From Chrysomallon squamiferum (Eukaryota > Animalia > Mollusca), in the NCBI GenBank assembly GCA_012295275.1, contig CM022676.1, positions 5,394,001-5,458,000 of the forward strand: a DNA stretch of 64,000 bases, in the 5' to 3' direction. Positions within the stretch are counted from its first letter, which is position 1. Each line of letters begins with the position of its first letter. The notes beneath the pieces were generated by a model. The model was not told the DNA's origin and searched no databases. It worked only from the letters and a program-made list of their open reading frames with translations. Shown here piece after piece: positions 40,899 to 54,606 of this stretch. Position numbers and translations under genes: made by a program.

Positions 40899-41715
40899 AA
40901 TTGTCAATCTTTTTTCAACTTTTTTAACTACTTCAGAAATGAAAGCAAATTTCAAATATTTTACTTAATGGTTTCAATAATTAAATACAATTTAAATATC
41001 TTAATTCACTTTTATAATCGCTTCAGTAATTAAACGAAATTTGTTTTAATAATTTATTAATTATTGTTTTTTTAATCACGAAATTTTTTTATACGTAATT
41101 TTTCTCTCTTTTTCTTTATTTTTAATTTTTTTTAAATTTACATAATCGTTTCAGTAACATTTAAATTCTTTATTAACTACATATTCGTTTAACTTAACTA
41201 AATAAAACACAAAATGTATTATCGGTGTATAATCGTTTTAATAATTATACAATTTTCAAAATTATATTTTAAAATTTAATTTTATCCAATAGCATTTATT
41301 TATTTATTTATTTATTTATTTCAAATAAATAATAGCTATTGTTTAAAATTTAATTTTATCCAATAGCATTTATTTATTTATTTATTTATTTCAAATAAAT
41401 AATATACGTCTTTAATTGGCAACAAAACAGTCCATGGACGTCACTAGACTGTTTTTGAAACGAGGCAAAAACTGAAATCTTTGAAGTCAGTTACGTCTTT
41501 CATCGCAACGATGTCGTTAAACTTCAGACGGTAACCGAAGACATAAACGAACTCATTCGGTGGATTTCGTTTCTATCCGAAGAGAGATTTAAATTTTATA
41601 TTTTTTGAATTTTTTTTTTATTTTTTTATTTTTTTTTTTTAAATCGTCAATTTCGGTAGGATGCATGTACCTCGTTTGATTCAATGTAGTTACGACCATG
41701 CATTCATGATTCTGC

Positions 41716-41751
<36 letters not shown>

Positions 41752-42158
41752 GCGTGTGTGTGTGTATGTGTGTGTGTGTGTAATGCTATTGTATAAAATT
41801 AATATTATTTAAATTTTATAATTATTAAAACGATTATACACAGTTGATACATTTTCTCAGTTTTATTTAGTTGTGTTTAAATGAATATGTAGTTAATAAA
41901 GTATTTAAATATTCTTTAGTTACTGTAGCGAATATGTAAAAAATAAAAAAAAATATAAAAAAAATCAGTGATTAAAAAACCCAATAATTAATAAATTATT
42001 AAGACAAAAAAAAATTTCGTTTAATTACTGAAGCGATTATAAAAGTTAAAACGATATTTAAACTGTATTTAATTATTGAAACAATAAAGTAAAATAGTTA
42101 AAATTTGCTTTCATTACTGAAGTAGTTAGGCGAAGTTGAAAAAAAAATATTGACAATT
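40899..42158. mobile_element. long inverted repeat (arms 40899-41296 and 41782-42158), foldback/MITE-like
   Basis: Arms align in reverse complement, including a perfect 35-bp match 41008-41042 / 42012-42046. Confidence 0.7.
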
Positions 42159-42595
42159 CTTTATATGTAGTAGCGCTGTTTGTTTTCGCGGGTTTGAAAA
42201 TGATACTGTAAATTTTTGAAATGTTACGCTGTGCAAAACACGTTGGTTCCGGGTACGGTGTCGCGAATCTTGACTCTACCCAGGAAACAGTGAAAGAATA
42301 CACTACTAAGAAGTATTTGGTTTCCTCACATTAGGGTGGAGAGACTATTGCAGGCAGGGGTAACTTTTTTTCGAGGAAGGGGGCCACGTGAGACATGACT
42401 CATCCTCAGTTGGGCTGCTGTTACTTATTTAGGCGATTTTGTGTTTTTACGTTGAGTTTATTTTAAGAAATTTTTCATTTTCATTTACTTCAGGAACTGT
42501 TATAATAATATAAAAAAGTGACACGTTTTTTATTATATTAGTAGATGACAAAATAGACTGATTTTATGAAATTTGAATTAACGTTATTTTCCGTG

Positions 42596-42652
42596 TGAAA
42601 TTAGGCGGGCCACTCAGAAAGCGGCGCGGGCCGCAGTTTGCCTATGACTGGA
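42596..42652. mobile_element. probable hAT-type DNA transposon terminus remnant
   Basis: ggcgggccac...cgcgggccgcagtttgcctatgactg resembles hAT/Charlie-type subterminal ends. Confidence 0.4.
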
Positions 42653-42787
42653 CTATAGTGTTAGTATGCTTGAAGAATAGAATAGTTAAAGATAAGAGAG
42701 ATAACAGTCGACGCCAGGATTCGATCGCAGTAACCATCATCTGTAAAGTGTGTGTGTTGTCACTTTGTGTCTGTGTTTAATTGTGTG

Positions 42788-42874
<87 letters not shown>

Positions 42875-43707
42875 AAGTGTTGGTGCATTTCTTTTTTTTT
42901 ATTTTTTTCACATATTTGTTTATTTCTCTACTACTATTAATTCTACTATTACTACTACTTCTGCCATTATTATTACTACTACTGCTATTACTGTTAATAT
43001 TATTATTACAATTGCTACTACTTCTATCACTATTATTACTACTGCTCCTACCACCACTACTACTATTACTACTGACACTGATACTACTACTGTTGCCATT
43101 GCTATAACTACTATTACAACAACTATTACAATTACCATTACAATTGCCTGTCGTTTTATTGGCTCACACTCACGGATATATGTGAGTAAAGACTCATACT
43201 CACGTTTACACATACATCTACATACAGTGGCCTTGTGAAATTCTTATACTATGTTACGTAACCAATTTTTCGACTCCACCTCCCATTTGCCATTCAAACT
43301 GGCGCGATAAGATTCCAGCGTAATTTACTCATATGACCTTTCAGGTCACACTCCGAACGTAATTATATTTGCACGCCTTTTTACGATGTACGTTTAACTT
43401 AATTATAATAATGGCGTTTTAATGAACCGGCATTAGTTAAAACAAACGATGCGTTTTAAGATAATTAATATAAAAAAAAAAAATAAATAAATAAATAAAT
43501 AAATAAAAATAATAAAAAAAAAAATCTGTTATATTTACAACTCTCGTATATCTTGCCCAACTGGCATGAATCATCGAAGGCGGATCCTGTTTTTGAGAAA
43601 AAAAGGGGCGCAGTTGCTGCTATGCCTGTGACTGAACGATGTAATGAATTCAAAACACACACAGACACAGCGTATTGTATGTATGTATGTATGTATGCAG
43701 AGAGAGA

Positions 43708-43754
<47 letters not shown>

Positions 43755-44026
43755 CTTTGTATATCTAGGTCCTTCTTATATAATAGATCCATACTTAAAT
43801 TAAACAATTAACATTGTTATGATTTTGTGACACCTTGAGAGAGATAGGGAGTTACACAGGCACACACACATACAATCATTAAATGTACAACATATTCGTA
43901 CACAAATAAAAATAAAAACCTCGGAGAGAATTAAAGATGGGTTGAGATAATTTCACTCCTAGATCCTCCCATTATCATGGCTATAATTATATATTATTTA
44001 TACTAATAGTTGTAGTAGTAATAATT

Positions 44027-44133
<107 letters not shown>

Positions 44134-44166
44134 TATTATTATTATTATTGTATGTATACATCTGTG

Positions 44167-44241
<75 letters not shown>

Positions 44242-44509
44242 TTGCACTATATTGATGTAGTGAGTGTGTGTTTGGTCTCATATGTCTATAACTGTGTAAA
44301 GTTTATGTAAGTATGTATATGTGTATGTAATCAGTTATATCTTATCAACAATTCCTTATATTAAATTAATTCTAATTAGATGTAAAAAACTGCAGGATGT
44401 AAATTTAAATTTTTTTATTAAATGCAGTCTTTAAATTAAATTAAGGGGAAATTGGGGGTGGGTGGGGGAATGGTGTTCTTGTTTTCGTTTTAATATCTCT
44501 CTCTCTCTC

Positions 44510-44561
<52 letters not shown>

Positions 44562-44945
44562 TGTAATAGTATTAGCAATAGTTGTTGAAGTAATTCTGGT
44601 ATTAGTAGTAGTAGAGTAATAATGGTTGTAGTAGGTAGCAATAGCAGCAGTAGAAAGAATTGTAGTCGTGGTAATAGTAGCAGTAATAGTAATAACTAGT
44701 TGTATTAGCAATAGTAATGATAATAAAAATATTGTAGTATTGGTAATAGCAATAGGATAATAGTAGTAAAAGTAATGGTTTTAACTTTAAATTTATGTTT
44801 ATTATGCTATAAATATTGTAATAATAATAACAAGTAGTAATAATTAGTAGTAGTAATAGCTGTTATGATAATTATATAGTAGTAGTATTCGTTGTAATGG
44901 TATATTTGTAATGGTAGCAGTGGTCTGACTAAAAGCTATATTTTT

Positions 44946-44987
<42 letters not shown>

Positions 44988-46939
44988 TAAAATAATATTA
45001 CTACTACTACTACTACTACTAATAATAATAATAATGTTGTTGTGTTCCTATTCCTGTTGTCGAGTCACTACTACTACTACTGTCACTGTGTTGTCTGATT
45101 TCGCTTTACATTCTACAATCATTATATATCGTAAAAATAACAATCACTGGCAATAGGCTGTGTAATACAAATGATATCACACACGCACATCTAATTAATA
45201 TTTATATGCACCTACCGATACCCGACTTCTCGGGAACGTCAAAAGTAACCCGCTTGTAGCTTCGTTCTGGCCTTTTCGAACAAGACATGCTCCTAGTTTG
45301 AAAAACTTTAGGCCTACTACGTAGACACCCAACACGGCGACACCGTCACGACGACAACAACGTTACACATGACCAACAAGTACGACACAGGGGTCCCTCG
45401 ACGGATACACCATAACTATCCAAACCGGTATCGTCTGCGTTCCAAGCTTAGTGCTTACGACACATAAAAGCGTTACGAAGCGAAGTTTATCGAAGTATGC
45501 CGATGAGCTCATTAAAAAAAAAAAAAAAAAAAAAAAATACTGCCCGGCAATCGACTGTTTTACAGAGTTATCCGCCCCCACAATGTTTTGACTTCGGTCG
45601 TTGGTTTCCCAGGATAGCTAGTCAATAAGGACGAGTAAAAATAATGTGTAGCTGTTACCGTAATCCGTCAAATAAAATCCGTCGCACCGTTAAAGCAAAT
45701 AATAAAGTATTTTAATGTAGATCCTGGTAAATGTAAATTATGGATGCTTTACACTACTACTATAAATCTGTTATTAACAAAGTAGATAATGGTTTTTGAT
45801 TAATGATTATGATTATTATTATTATTATTACTGTTGTTGAAGTTGTTGTTGTTGTATTGTCGTACTTGTCATTTTTGTAGTAACTGCTCTTATTATTACT
45901 GTTGTTGTTGTTGTTATTTTTATCATTATATTATATTGTTGTTGGCTATAAATATTTGACACACACACACACACACACACACACGTACACATACACATAA
46001 ACAAAAGCGCGCTACACACATATATTTAGGTATGTAACTAGTTATTATTATGCATAATTTATCACTAGACAACTGCAGTATTGATGTATTTGTTGAAACA
46101 AATAATATTCAAGGATATATATATATATACTACAACATACCGGATATACAGACGTGTTTGGAATGTATGTGGGAGAGACATGAATATTAAAGATAACGTT
46201 CTCCTCATCTTCGTATTTATTATTTTTAATTTCATCTACGCTTACTAACAGTGTTTATTGAAAACAAATTACTCTGTATTATTATTATAATAATTATTTT
46301 CTTTATCAGCTTCGGATTTTATGAGTGTGTGTGCGTTTATCGTGTGTGTATAATTATAATTATGCATATGTTTATTTGCGTGTATGTATCTATGTATTTA
46401 TTTACGCATATGTTCATTTGTGTGTATGTATCTATGTATTCATTTACGCATATGTGTTTGAGCAATGAATGTGTTTAATTGTCTGCATGTATTTCAGCTA
46501 TCTTCATACATTCAGTTTTAAGGAGATTAATAATTTGATACAAACGTGCTCAGTTCGCTATTATTTTTCGCTGGGTGAAACTTTACTATTTACAGTATAG
46601 GTAGATATTTACTGTAATCGTAAGCACACACAATAAACTGTTCACGATTCACATTATGATTCTAAACTGCACGCTTGAATGGTTCAAGGCAGCCATTTAT
46701 TTCTGAGGCACACAGACACGCATTCAAAACGTACACGACAACAAAGTGACCTTCTTTGACACGAACCTATTTCCACTTTTATCTCGTGAAGAAATAAACT
46801 AAATGTATTTTGTACGTGTAGGTGTATGTATGTATGTATATATGTATGTATGTATGCACGTACGTACGTATTATGTACATATATATGTATGCATTCAGGT
46901 GTGAATATTCGTTGTCTCGTGTACGTCCGATTAGTCTCT

Positions 46940-47073
46940 ACGTACAGACAATGCTCGGAAACGCAATGGCGCAGGAGGACAAAGTTTAATCATGACTGTA
47001 CGATACCCGTTCGCCCGCGCTTCAAATGCGGATGAAGATACTTCTCAGCCATCATGGCAACACAACTCTCTCT

Positions 47074-47123
<50 letters not shown>

Positions 47124-47320
47124 TCAAAATGTACGTATGGATGCATGTATGTATTTTCAGGACTTTAATATTCTCAGTCGTATGTACATCTGATCAGACA
47201 CTGCACGCAGACAATATTCGTGAAACGCAGTGACACAGGAGGTCAAAGTTCAATCAGATGCCGCTGACGAGACTCGAACGTATGGCACCCATTCACCCGC
47301 ACTCCGAAGGCCATCAAGAC
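46940..47320 (-). mobile_element. two diverged copies of a SINE-like element
   Basis: cagacaat...gaaacgca.tg.c.caggagg.caaagtt.aatca at about 46945 and 47207; minus-strand B-box-like gttcgagtc. Confidence 0.4.
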
Positions 47321-47469
47321 AACCTTATAAACGGCATGTATGTTTGTATGTGTGTATGTATGTATGTGTGTGTGTGCGTGTGTGTATATTTATGAAAAGA
47401 GAATCGAAATATTTATTTTACGAGGCAGGTTTTATGATTTGTGCTGTAATTGTTTATATTTGATTTTAA

Positions 47470-47516
<47 letters not shown>

Positions 47517-48109
47517 ATTAGAAACAGATATTGTACTTATGTTTTACATATGTGTGTAATTTCAGACAAATCAGCCTTCTGTCCATACCTCATTTTAACC
47601 AAACAACGACCACACCTCAATGACCGCAGACATTGTGGCCGTTGTTAAACTCGACCGTTATATCATCATGTGGTTCAGACAGTCTAGGACTCTGCGTTAC
47701 GAGCCCAGACATTCGTGCTTGAATCTCCAGTGGCTATAAACACTTTTAAAATGTTTTATTCATTGAGTTGCTGATATTGACACAATCTGTTTGCGTGGTA
47801 AAAACCACCCCGTTTTCAGAATCGCTGGTTTTGGGATCGATACTTCTCAAGGTCTTTTTTTTTTTTTTTTTTTTTGAGTCACTTCCAAGTCTGGTGTTTC
47901 AAAAAGGCACGTGTTTGCTGACTCTGAAAACGTGCGTTTAAAAGAACTCTTGCTGGTGTATGCAAGAGTAGGTCATATTTATTGGACCGTAGAGGATTTT
48001 GTTCAGTCGGTCAGAGGTACGAAGTTCGTACATACCTCACACAATGAAAATTCAAGTATTTTTGTCGTGCTAAGCGACTGTCCCATCTGATGTACAAAGA
48101 ACTTTCATT

Positions 48110-48455
48110 CCGTGAAAGCCATATATTTTAAATCTCCCATTCCACCTGTTGCTGCAAAATCGATGTTAAAGAATTTGGTATTTGCTTTCCTGTTTACAAG
48201 AACTGGCGACAAATATTTTATATTTCCCGTTCTAGCCGTTACTGGCAAAATCGATTTATTAAAAACCTTTTAGTATGCGACTACCTGTTTTCGACAAATG
48301 GCCAACATATATTTTATATTTCCCGTTCTAGCCGTTGCTGCAAAACCGATTTATTAAAGACTTCGGTATGCGTTTTCCTGTCTACGAGAATGGGCAACAT
48401 ATATTTTATATTTCCCGTTACTGCAAAGTCGATTTATTAAAATCTTTGGTATGTC
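48110..48455. repeat. ~95-bp degenerate tandem repeat x4
   Basis: Recurrent atattttatatttcccgtt...gcaaaa.cgatttattaaa. Confidence 0.8.
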
Positions 48456-48764
48456 TTTCTTCTCTAGAGGATTGTGCAGTAGAACTGCATTTAATGGTAA
48501 TTACAAAAAAAGTTTCGCTTTCTGTCTGATGGCAAGGTTTCAAGCATGAAACTAGTTCTCGTAAAAAAATAAAACGAGTTTTCTTTCCTTCCTTTTCATA
48601 ATATAAACAGTTATTATAAAAAATGTTATGACATAGCTAATTAAACATTCATCCATCCATTTATTCGTTATGAACAGTCTTTCCTGTAAAAACCACAAAA
48701 AAAAAAGAGATAATAATTTTAAAAATAATAATAATAAATATAAAAGGTTAAAATAACAACAGCA

Positions 48765-48811
<47 letters not shown>

Positions 48812-48967
48812 TATTATTTATTATTATTATAATACAGAAATCACTAACTTAATAAATAAATAAATAAATACATAAAATGAAGTTAGAAATAAATAATAAA
48901 AACATTAGGTTTAAGTACAACATAACTGCGTTTTCGCTTATTTCATATATATATGTATGTATGTATG

Positions 48968-49003
<36 letters not shown>

Positions 49004-49025
49004 TGTATGTATGTGTGTGTATATA

Positions 49026-49058
<33 letters not shown>

Positions 49059-49280
49059 ATGTCTGTATATATTTATATATATGTATGTGTGTGTGTGTAT
49101 GTATGTATGTATATAATTTTAATTTTTTTTTTACCTTTACTGATAATCATAAAATACCTGTAATACGGGCTTTATTTTTTGTCATTAATTAAATAATAAA
49201 TACATTTTTAAAAATTAAATACTGGAGAAACAAAATTTATAAAGCACCTTGAGTAACGTGCTCTATTTTTAACCTCCTGA

Positions 49281-49315
49281 TACGTCACGTGGTTATATTC
49301 GTTTCCCGGGACAAC
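49281..49315 (+). promoter_or_regulatory. CFAP68 proximal promoter: CRE/E-box and RFX X-box-like GTTTCCCGGGACAAC
   Basis: TACGTCACGTGG at 49281; X-box-like element at 49301-49315, about 100 bp upstream of the ATG. Confidence 0.6.
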
Positions 49316-49411
49316 GTTACCAGCTAAGAACAGCCGAGTATCCGCTGTTATCAGCGGAGTAACGTAAACTTTAATTTCTCTTTGGATATTTTTAAATATT
49401 TTATCTGGAAA

Positions 49412-49633
49412 ATGGGGACCGAAGATAAAGCGAGTCCTTCATTTATGAGCATGGTTCGATGTGGACCAGGCGAAACCTGGACGCATTCGACGGACGAAGA
49501 TAAATTTAAGCAGTTCGGGTGGCGGTCCACAACGAACGAAAGTAATTTCAGGAACAGAATATTGATCGGAAACTGGCACGAGGAAAGTTTTGACATAAAC
49601 GAATTGAAAAGGCCACATCCTCTTCCATCTCCG
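49412..49633 (+). CDS. CFAP68: CFAP68/C11orf1 (UPF0686) exon 1
   Basis: GETWTHSTDEDKFKQFGWRSTTNESNFRNRILIGNWHEE...PHPLPS resembles human C11orf1 (KFFQYGWRCTTNE...LMGNWNQER...PKPLPS); donor |gtatgt, phase 0. Confidence 0.9.
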
Positions 49634-49757
49634 GTATGTATAATTAAAAAAATAAAAAATAAAAAATAATTAATTGTTTATCTAGGTTTATAAATAAATT
49701 TATTATTATTATTAAAACATTTAAAATTATGTAAAAAAAATTTAAGAATTAACTAAC

Positions 49758-49844
<87 letters not shown>

Positions 49845-50086
49845 CTTACAGTGGTAGTAAGAGCAGTAAAGGTAGTAATAACTGCTGGTAGTAGTAGGTG
49901 GTGCTATTTTATTTTGTTGTTCTAAAAGTGTAATAATAATAATAATAATAATAATAATATCTTCCCAGTCATTGTTTTATTTTAATAAATTATTATGCAG
50001 TTACAACATAAGAGAGAAAATGTCTTTTAATAGTAACAAAACAAAATTTGTACAAATCACAGCTTCATTGTTACTTGCATACTACT

Positions 50087-50100
50087 GTTGCTATGGCAAC
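50087..50100. promoter_or_regulatory. canonical RFX X-box GTTGCTATGGCAAC in CFAP68 intron 1
   Basis: Near-perfect palindromic X-box consensus in a ciliary gene. Confidence 0.65.
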
Positions 50101-50709
50101 ACTATAAAATTGTAATATCTAAAAACATTTACTACAGAGTAAAATATTTTATCATATAAGAGATACTGGAGAAATACCTCCTCCCCACAAAGAAAAAAAA
50201 AAAATTAAAAATTAAAAATAAATAACATAAAATAAAATAAAATAATAATAATAAATAAAATTAAAAAACCTACCTCAACAACATATTCTTAAGTCTGAGG
50301 TATCTCAGTATGTTTGTGATGGAATATAAATGAATTACTGGAAAACAGATTACTGAAATGTAAAGCAGTGAAAAAAAAGTTCAATTAAATTAAAAGATAC
50401 TTATGTATCACACAATTGAAAATATTTTAAAAAGCTGATTGTGATATTTTGTAATATAAACTACATTTCGTTTTAAAAATGTTCACTCAAACGTAACTTC
50501 AGAAGAAATATTGTAATACAAAATTTGAAATCTCTAATACAATTTTTTTTTTCTTTTTGAAATATACAGAGCTTAGAAACAGCATAGAAATGATGTATTT
50601 ACATGGGTTGAATAAAACCCATAAATGTTAAAGTATTAGAGCTTAATACACAGTAGTAGTAATAAATTGTATTATGTAGTTAGTTTGTGTGCTTGTGGGT
50701 AATATGTGG

Positions 50710-50748
<39 letters not shown>

Positions 50749-51971
50749 ATGTTTTCGCATTTTTATGCCATCAGTTCTTATTATTAAGCAACCTTCATAC
50801 ATTTAGTGTTAAGAAAATTAACAATTTGATACAACCTTGTTAAATTTGTTAATATTTTATGCTCGCTAAAACTTTACTATTACTATTAACAATATGGGTA
50901 CACATATACAGTAATCATAAGCACTCACAATAAAATTGTTAATAATTCACATTATAATTCTAGGCTGCAGGCTTGAATGGTTCAAGGCAGCCATTTTGTG
51001 AATCATACATCCAGACATACAAAACTTGACTGATTGTAAATACAGATACACAACAACAAACCAGAGGCATAAAAAGATGTTTCTAGTTTTGTGAAGAAAA
51101 AAAAACCCAGCATTAAATACATTTTTGTTTTAAACTTCAAAGTTTCTGTTTCATTTTTCTGGTTATTTGGTGGGTGAAAATATATATATATAGACAAAAT
51201 ATATTTTGTATATTTTCCAGTTATTTTCTTTACTTCATTTTAAAGTGGTCTGCCGTTAATGTAAATAAACAGTTTAAATATATTTTATATCCCTTCAAAT
51301 AAAATACTATATTTACTGTTATTACTACTGTTGCTAAAAGTAAAATAACTACAACAACAACCATTACTACCACAAACATTACTACTACTGTTACCATCAA
51401 GAACAACAACTACCATTGGTACTGTTACTGTATTTTTACCTACAATAAAAACTATAGCAATTACTACTAACACAAATGCTACACCACCATTACCATTATT
51501 AAAAACTCCACTACTACTGGCATATACTATATACTACCGTTACCACTACTACTACTACTGCTACATCTATCATTATACCTTCTACAAATGCTATTAATAA
51601 CAATACTCCTATTGCTTTTAAAACAACTTGCTACTACTACTACTACTACTACTACTAGTACAACAACTTAGTACTACTATAATGACCATTTGTGCTACTA
51701 TGACTACTACTTTTGTAACTTCTATCACTACTACAACTACTGCTTCTGCTACTACCATTACTATTACTAGATTTACAGCCATAGCTACTGTTCCTACTGA
51801 GACCACTACTATTACTACTATTATTACTGTTGCTACTGCTTGCTGTTGCTGCTGTTGTTGCTGCTGCTACCACTACATCTGCTTTTGTAGCAACTATATT
51901 ACTATACTTACTACTACTACTACTACTACATCTGTTATTTTTTTTGTTTTCTACTATTACTACTATTATAG

Positions 51972-52004
<33 letters not shown>

Positions 52005-52181
52005 ACTACAACTACAAAACTATTACTGTTTGATATTATTAATCTTGTTTTCTGTTATAGAACAAATCATTATTTTGAGACAATAGCCACTTTTTTCTAC
52101 TACTTATAGCCACTTTCTTTTACTACTACTACTACTACTACTACTACTGTTTGATATTATTAATCTTGTTTTCTGTTACAG

Positions 52182-52391
52182 TACAATCATTATTTTGAGA
52201 CAACGCAGTACATCTACTATTATAGTTATGGTAAAAGGCCAGACAAGGTTCCAGAACAAATTAGATTACTACTGTTTGTTATTATTAATCTTGTTTTTTT
52301 TTATACAGTACAATCATTATTTTGAGAGAGAGAGAGAGAGAGAGAGATGGAAGAGAGACAAGGTTCCAGAACAAAGAGATATGAGAGAGAG
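52182..52391 (+). CDS. CFAP68: CFAP68 exon 2 region (YNHYFETT...YGKRPDKVPEQ), present as garbled partial copies
   Basis: Acceptors at 52061, 52182 and 52309; HYFETT motif; donor |gttagt at 52392 does not give the required phase 1 from the 52182 or 52309 copy as assembled. Confidence 0.65.
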
Positions 52392-52556
52392 GTTAGTATT
52401 GATACCTCTTGCAGATTATAATGATGTAAAATATTCATTATTATTATCATTATCATCATCATTATCATCATCATCCTTATTATTACTATGAATAACAGAA
52501 TACTACTATAAGTACTGCTGCTGCTGTTGCTAACACAAATATTAATATTTAAATTA

Positions 52557-52644
<88 letters not shown>

Positions 52645-53085
52645 CAGTAGAGAGAAAAATGAGAGAGACTGAGATAGAAAGATGGTGAGAAGTAGAGAGA
52701 AAGAAAGTATAGAGAAAAAAGAGAGAGATAGAGAGAAACAAGGAGAGAAAGAAAAATTAGTCTCTTATTTTTTTTATTCCTAAGGCAGGAACTGTTTATA
52801 AAATTATTTAGACTTTTAAAATAAAAGAAATAAAAAATAACAATAGTAACAATAATTTTTGTAAAATATACTTCATAAATTCAGTCAAATATCTTATATT
52901 CCTAATAATATTTTAAATTATAAATATTAAGAACTGTAAAACAGTTTTTTATGACATTATATTTTTTTAATTTAAAAAAAAAAAAAAAAGATACTTCATA
53001 AATGTGGTCCAAAATATTTGATTCCTAATCCAAAATATTTGATTCCTAATAATGTTTTTTTATTATTTTTTATTATTAGTCGTCA

Positions 53086-53131
<46 letters not shown>

Positions 53132-53337
53132 TATTATCATCATTTATGTCGTAATTTTTATTATTATTATTATTATTATTATCTTCATTTTTGTCATAAT
53201 TTTTATTATTATTATCATCATTTTTGTCGTAATTTTTATTATTATTATTATTATCATTTTTGTCGTAATTGTTATTATTATTATTATTATCATTTTTGTC
53301 ATAATTTTTATTATTATTATCATCATTTTTGTCGTAA

Positions 53338-53378
<41 letters not shown>

Positions 53379-53427
53379 CATCATTTTTGCAAACTATAAT
53401 TATTTCGAAGCTTTCTTTCTGTCGCAG

Positions 53428-53663
53428 AACGAGAAACTGCAGCCTACCCTGGACATCAGCCTGAACTAGATAACCTGAAAGTCCAGTCCGAGTACTACCA
53501 GTGGACAACAACGTCCCGAGCAGATTACTTCTACCCTACTATGCGAACACACCCAGTGGAACCGCCCACCTGTGTATGTCTGAGAAGACAACGACCACCG
53601 GTCAATAAGTTGTGTCCGAATATACGAAAGAAAGATGAATGTGATGAAGACAGCAAAAAGTAG
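53428..53663 (+). CDS. CFAP68: CFAP68 last exon (RETAAYPGHQPELD...DSKK*); missed by the ORF track
   Basis: Acceptor tcgcag|, phase 1, PGHQPELD motif of C11orf1, TAG at 53661-63. Confidence 0.9.
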
Positions 53664-53689
53664 CAAATTTTTAATCTTTCAAATGCCGA

Positions 53690-54250
53690 TTTTGATAAAC
53701 TGGAATTGTTATTATTATTTTTTTCATGATGTCTTTTTTTTTTTTTTTTTTTTATAAATATCTTGATTTTGATGAACAGAAGTTATTATTTTTCATGGTG
53801 TCTTTTGGAAAAAATATCCTCATTTTGATAAACCGAAAGTATTAGTTTTTATTTCCAACATTTTCATTTTCATATAAAAATTTGGATAAACAGGAAATTA
53901 TTATTTTTAAAGATCTCTTGTTGTAAATTTTTATAAGAAGAAAGTACTAACTTTCATGATCTCAGTTTTAACATGGAAATTTTTCTGAAAAGAAACTATT
54001 TATTTTCATGATCACTTTATTAATATTCGAATTCTGATAAACAGAAAACATTATTTTTTTTGTGACTCTATTTTTTTTCTTTATAAATAGAAAGTATTTA
54101 TTTTAAAGGTCACTTTTTCTATATGCAAATTTTGATAAATAGAAAGCACTTATTTTCTTTGTAAATTTTTTTTTTAATATGGAAAATTTTTATAAATTTA
54201 TAGAAACTATTCATTTTCATGGTCTCATTTTTAACATAAAATTTTGACAA
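53690..54250. repeat. degenerate tandem repeat (tttgataaacagaaa..ttattttt.catg) in the CFAP68 3' UTR region
   Basis: About 10 recurrent units. Confidence 0.65.
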
Positions 54251-54569
54251 GATTTCAGATCTCTCTTTAATTTTCCATTGTATGTTTGTATTTCTCTCTT
54301 TTCTTTTTCTTTTCCATCTCTTTGATACATGTAACTCTTTAGAAATGGAGAGAGAGAAACAAATATTGTTTTAATTTATATGTTATGTATTTACATTTCT
54401 TTATAATCAGATAGATAATACATATTTTAGTATATGTGTATAAAATGAAATTAAAATTAATAAATGAACAATGAAGTATATCAATAATCAAATAAACAAA
54501 TAAGTAAAAATATTTTTGAAAAAGAAGATATATTTAAAAGTGAAGAAAAGAATAAATAAATGAAAGAAC

Positions 54570-54606
<37 letters not shown>

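Noticed and set aside
47260-47290. Hammerhead ribozyme-like CTGACGAG...CGAA
   Set aside because: Lacks the GAAA core and flanking helices; better explained as a reverse-strand tRNA B-box of a SINE.
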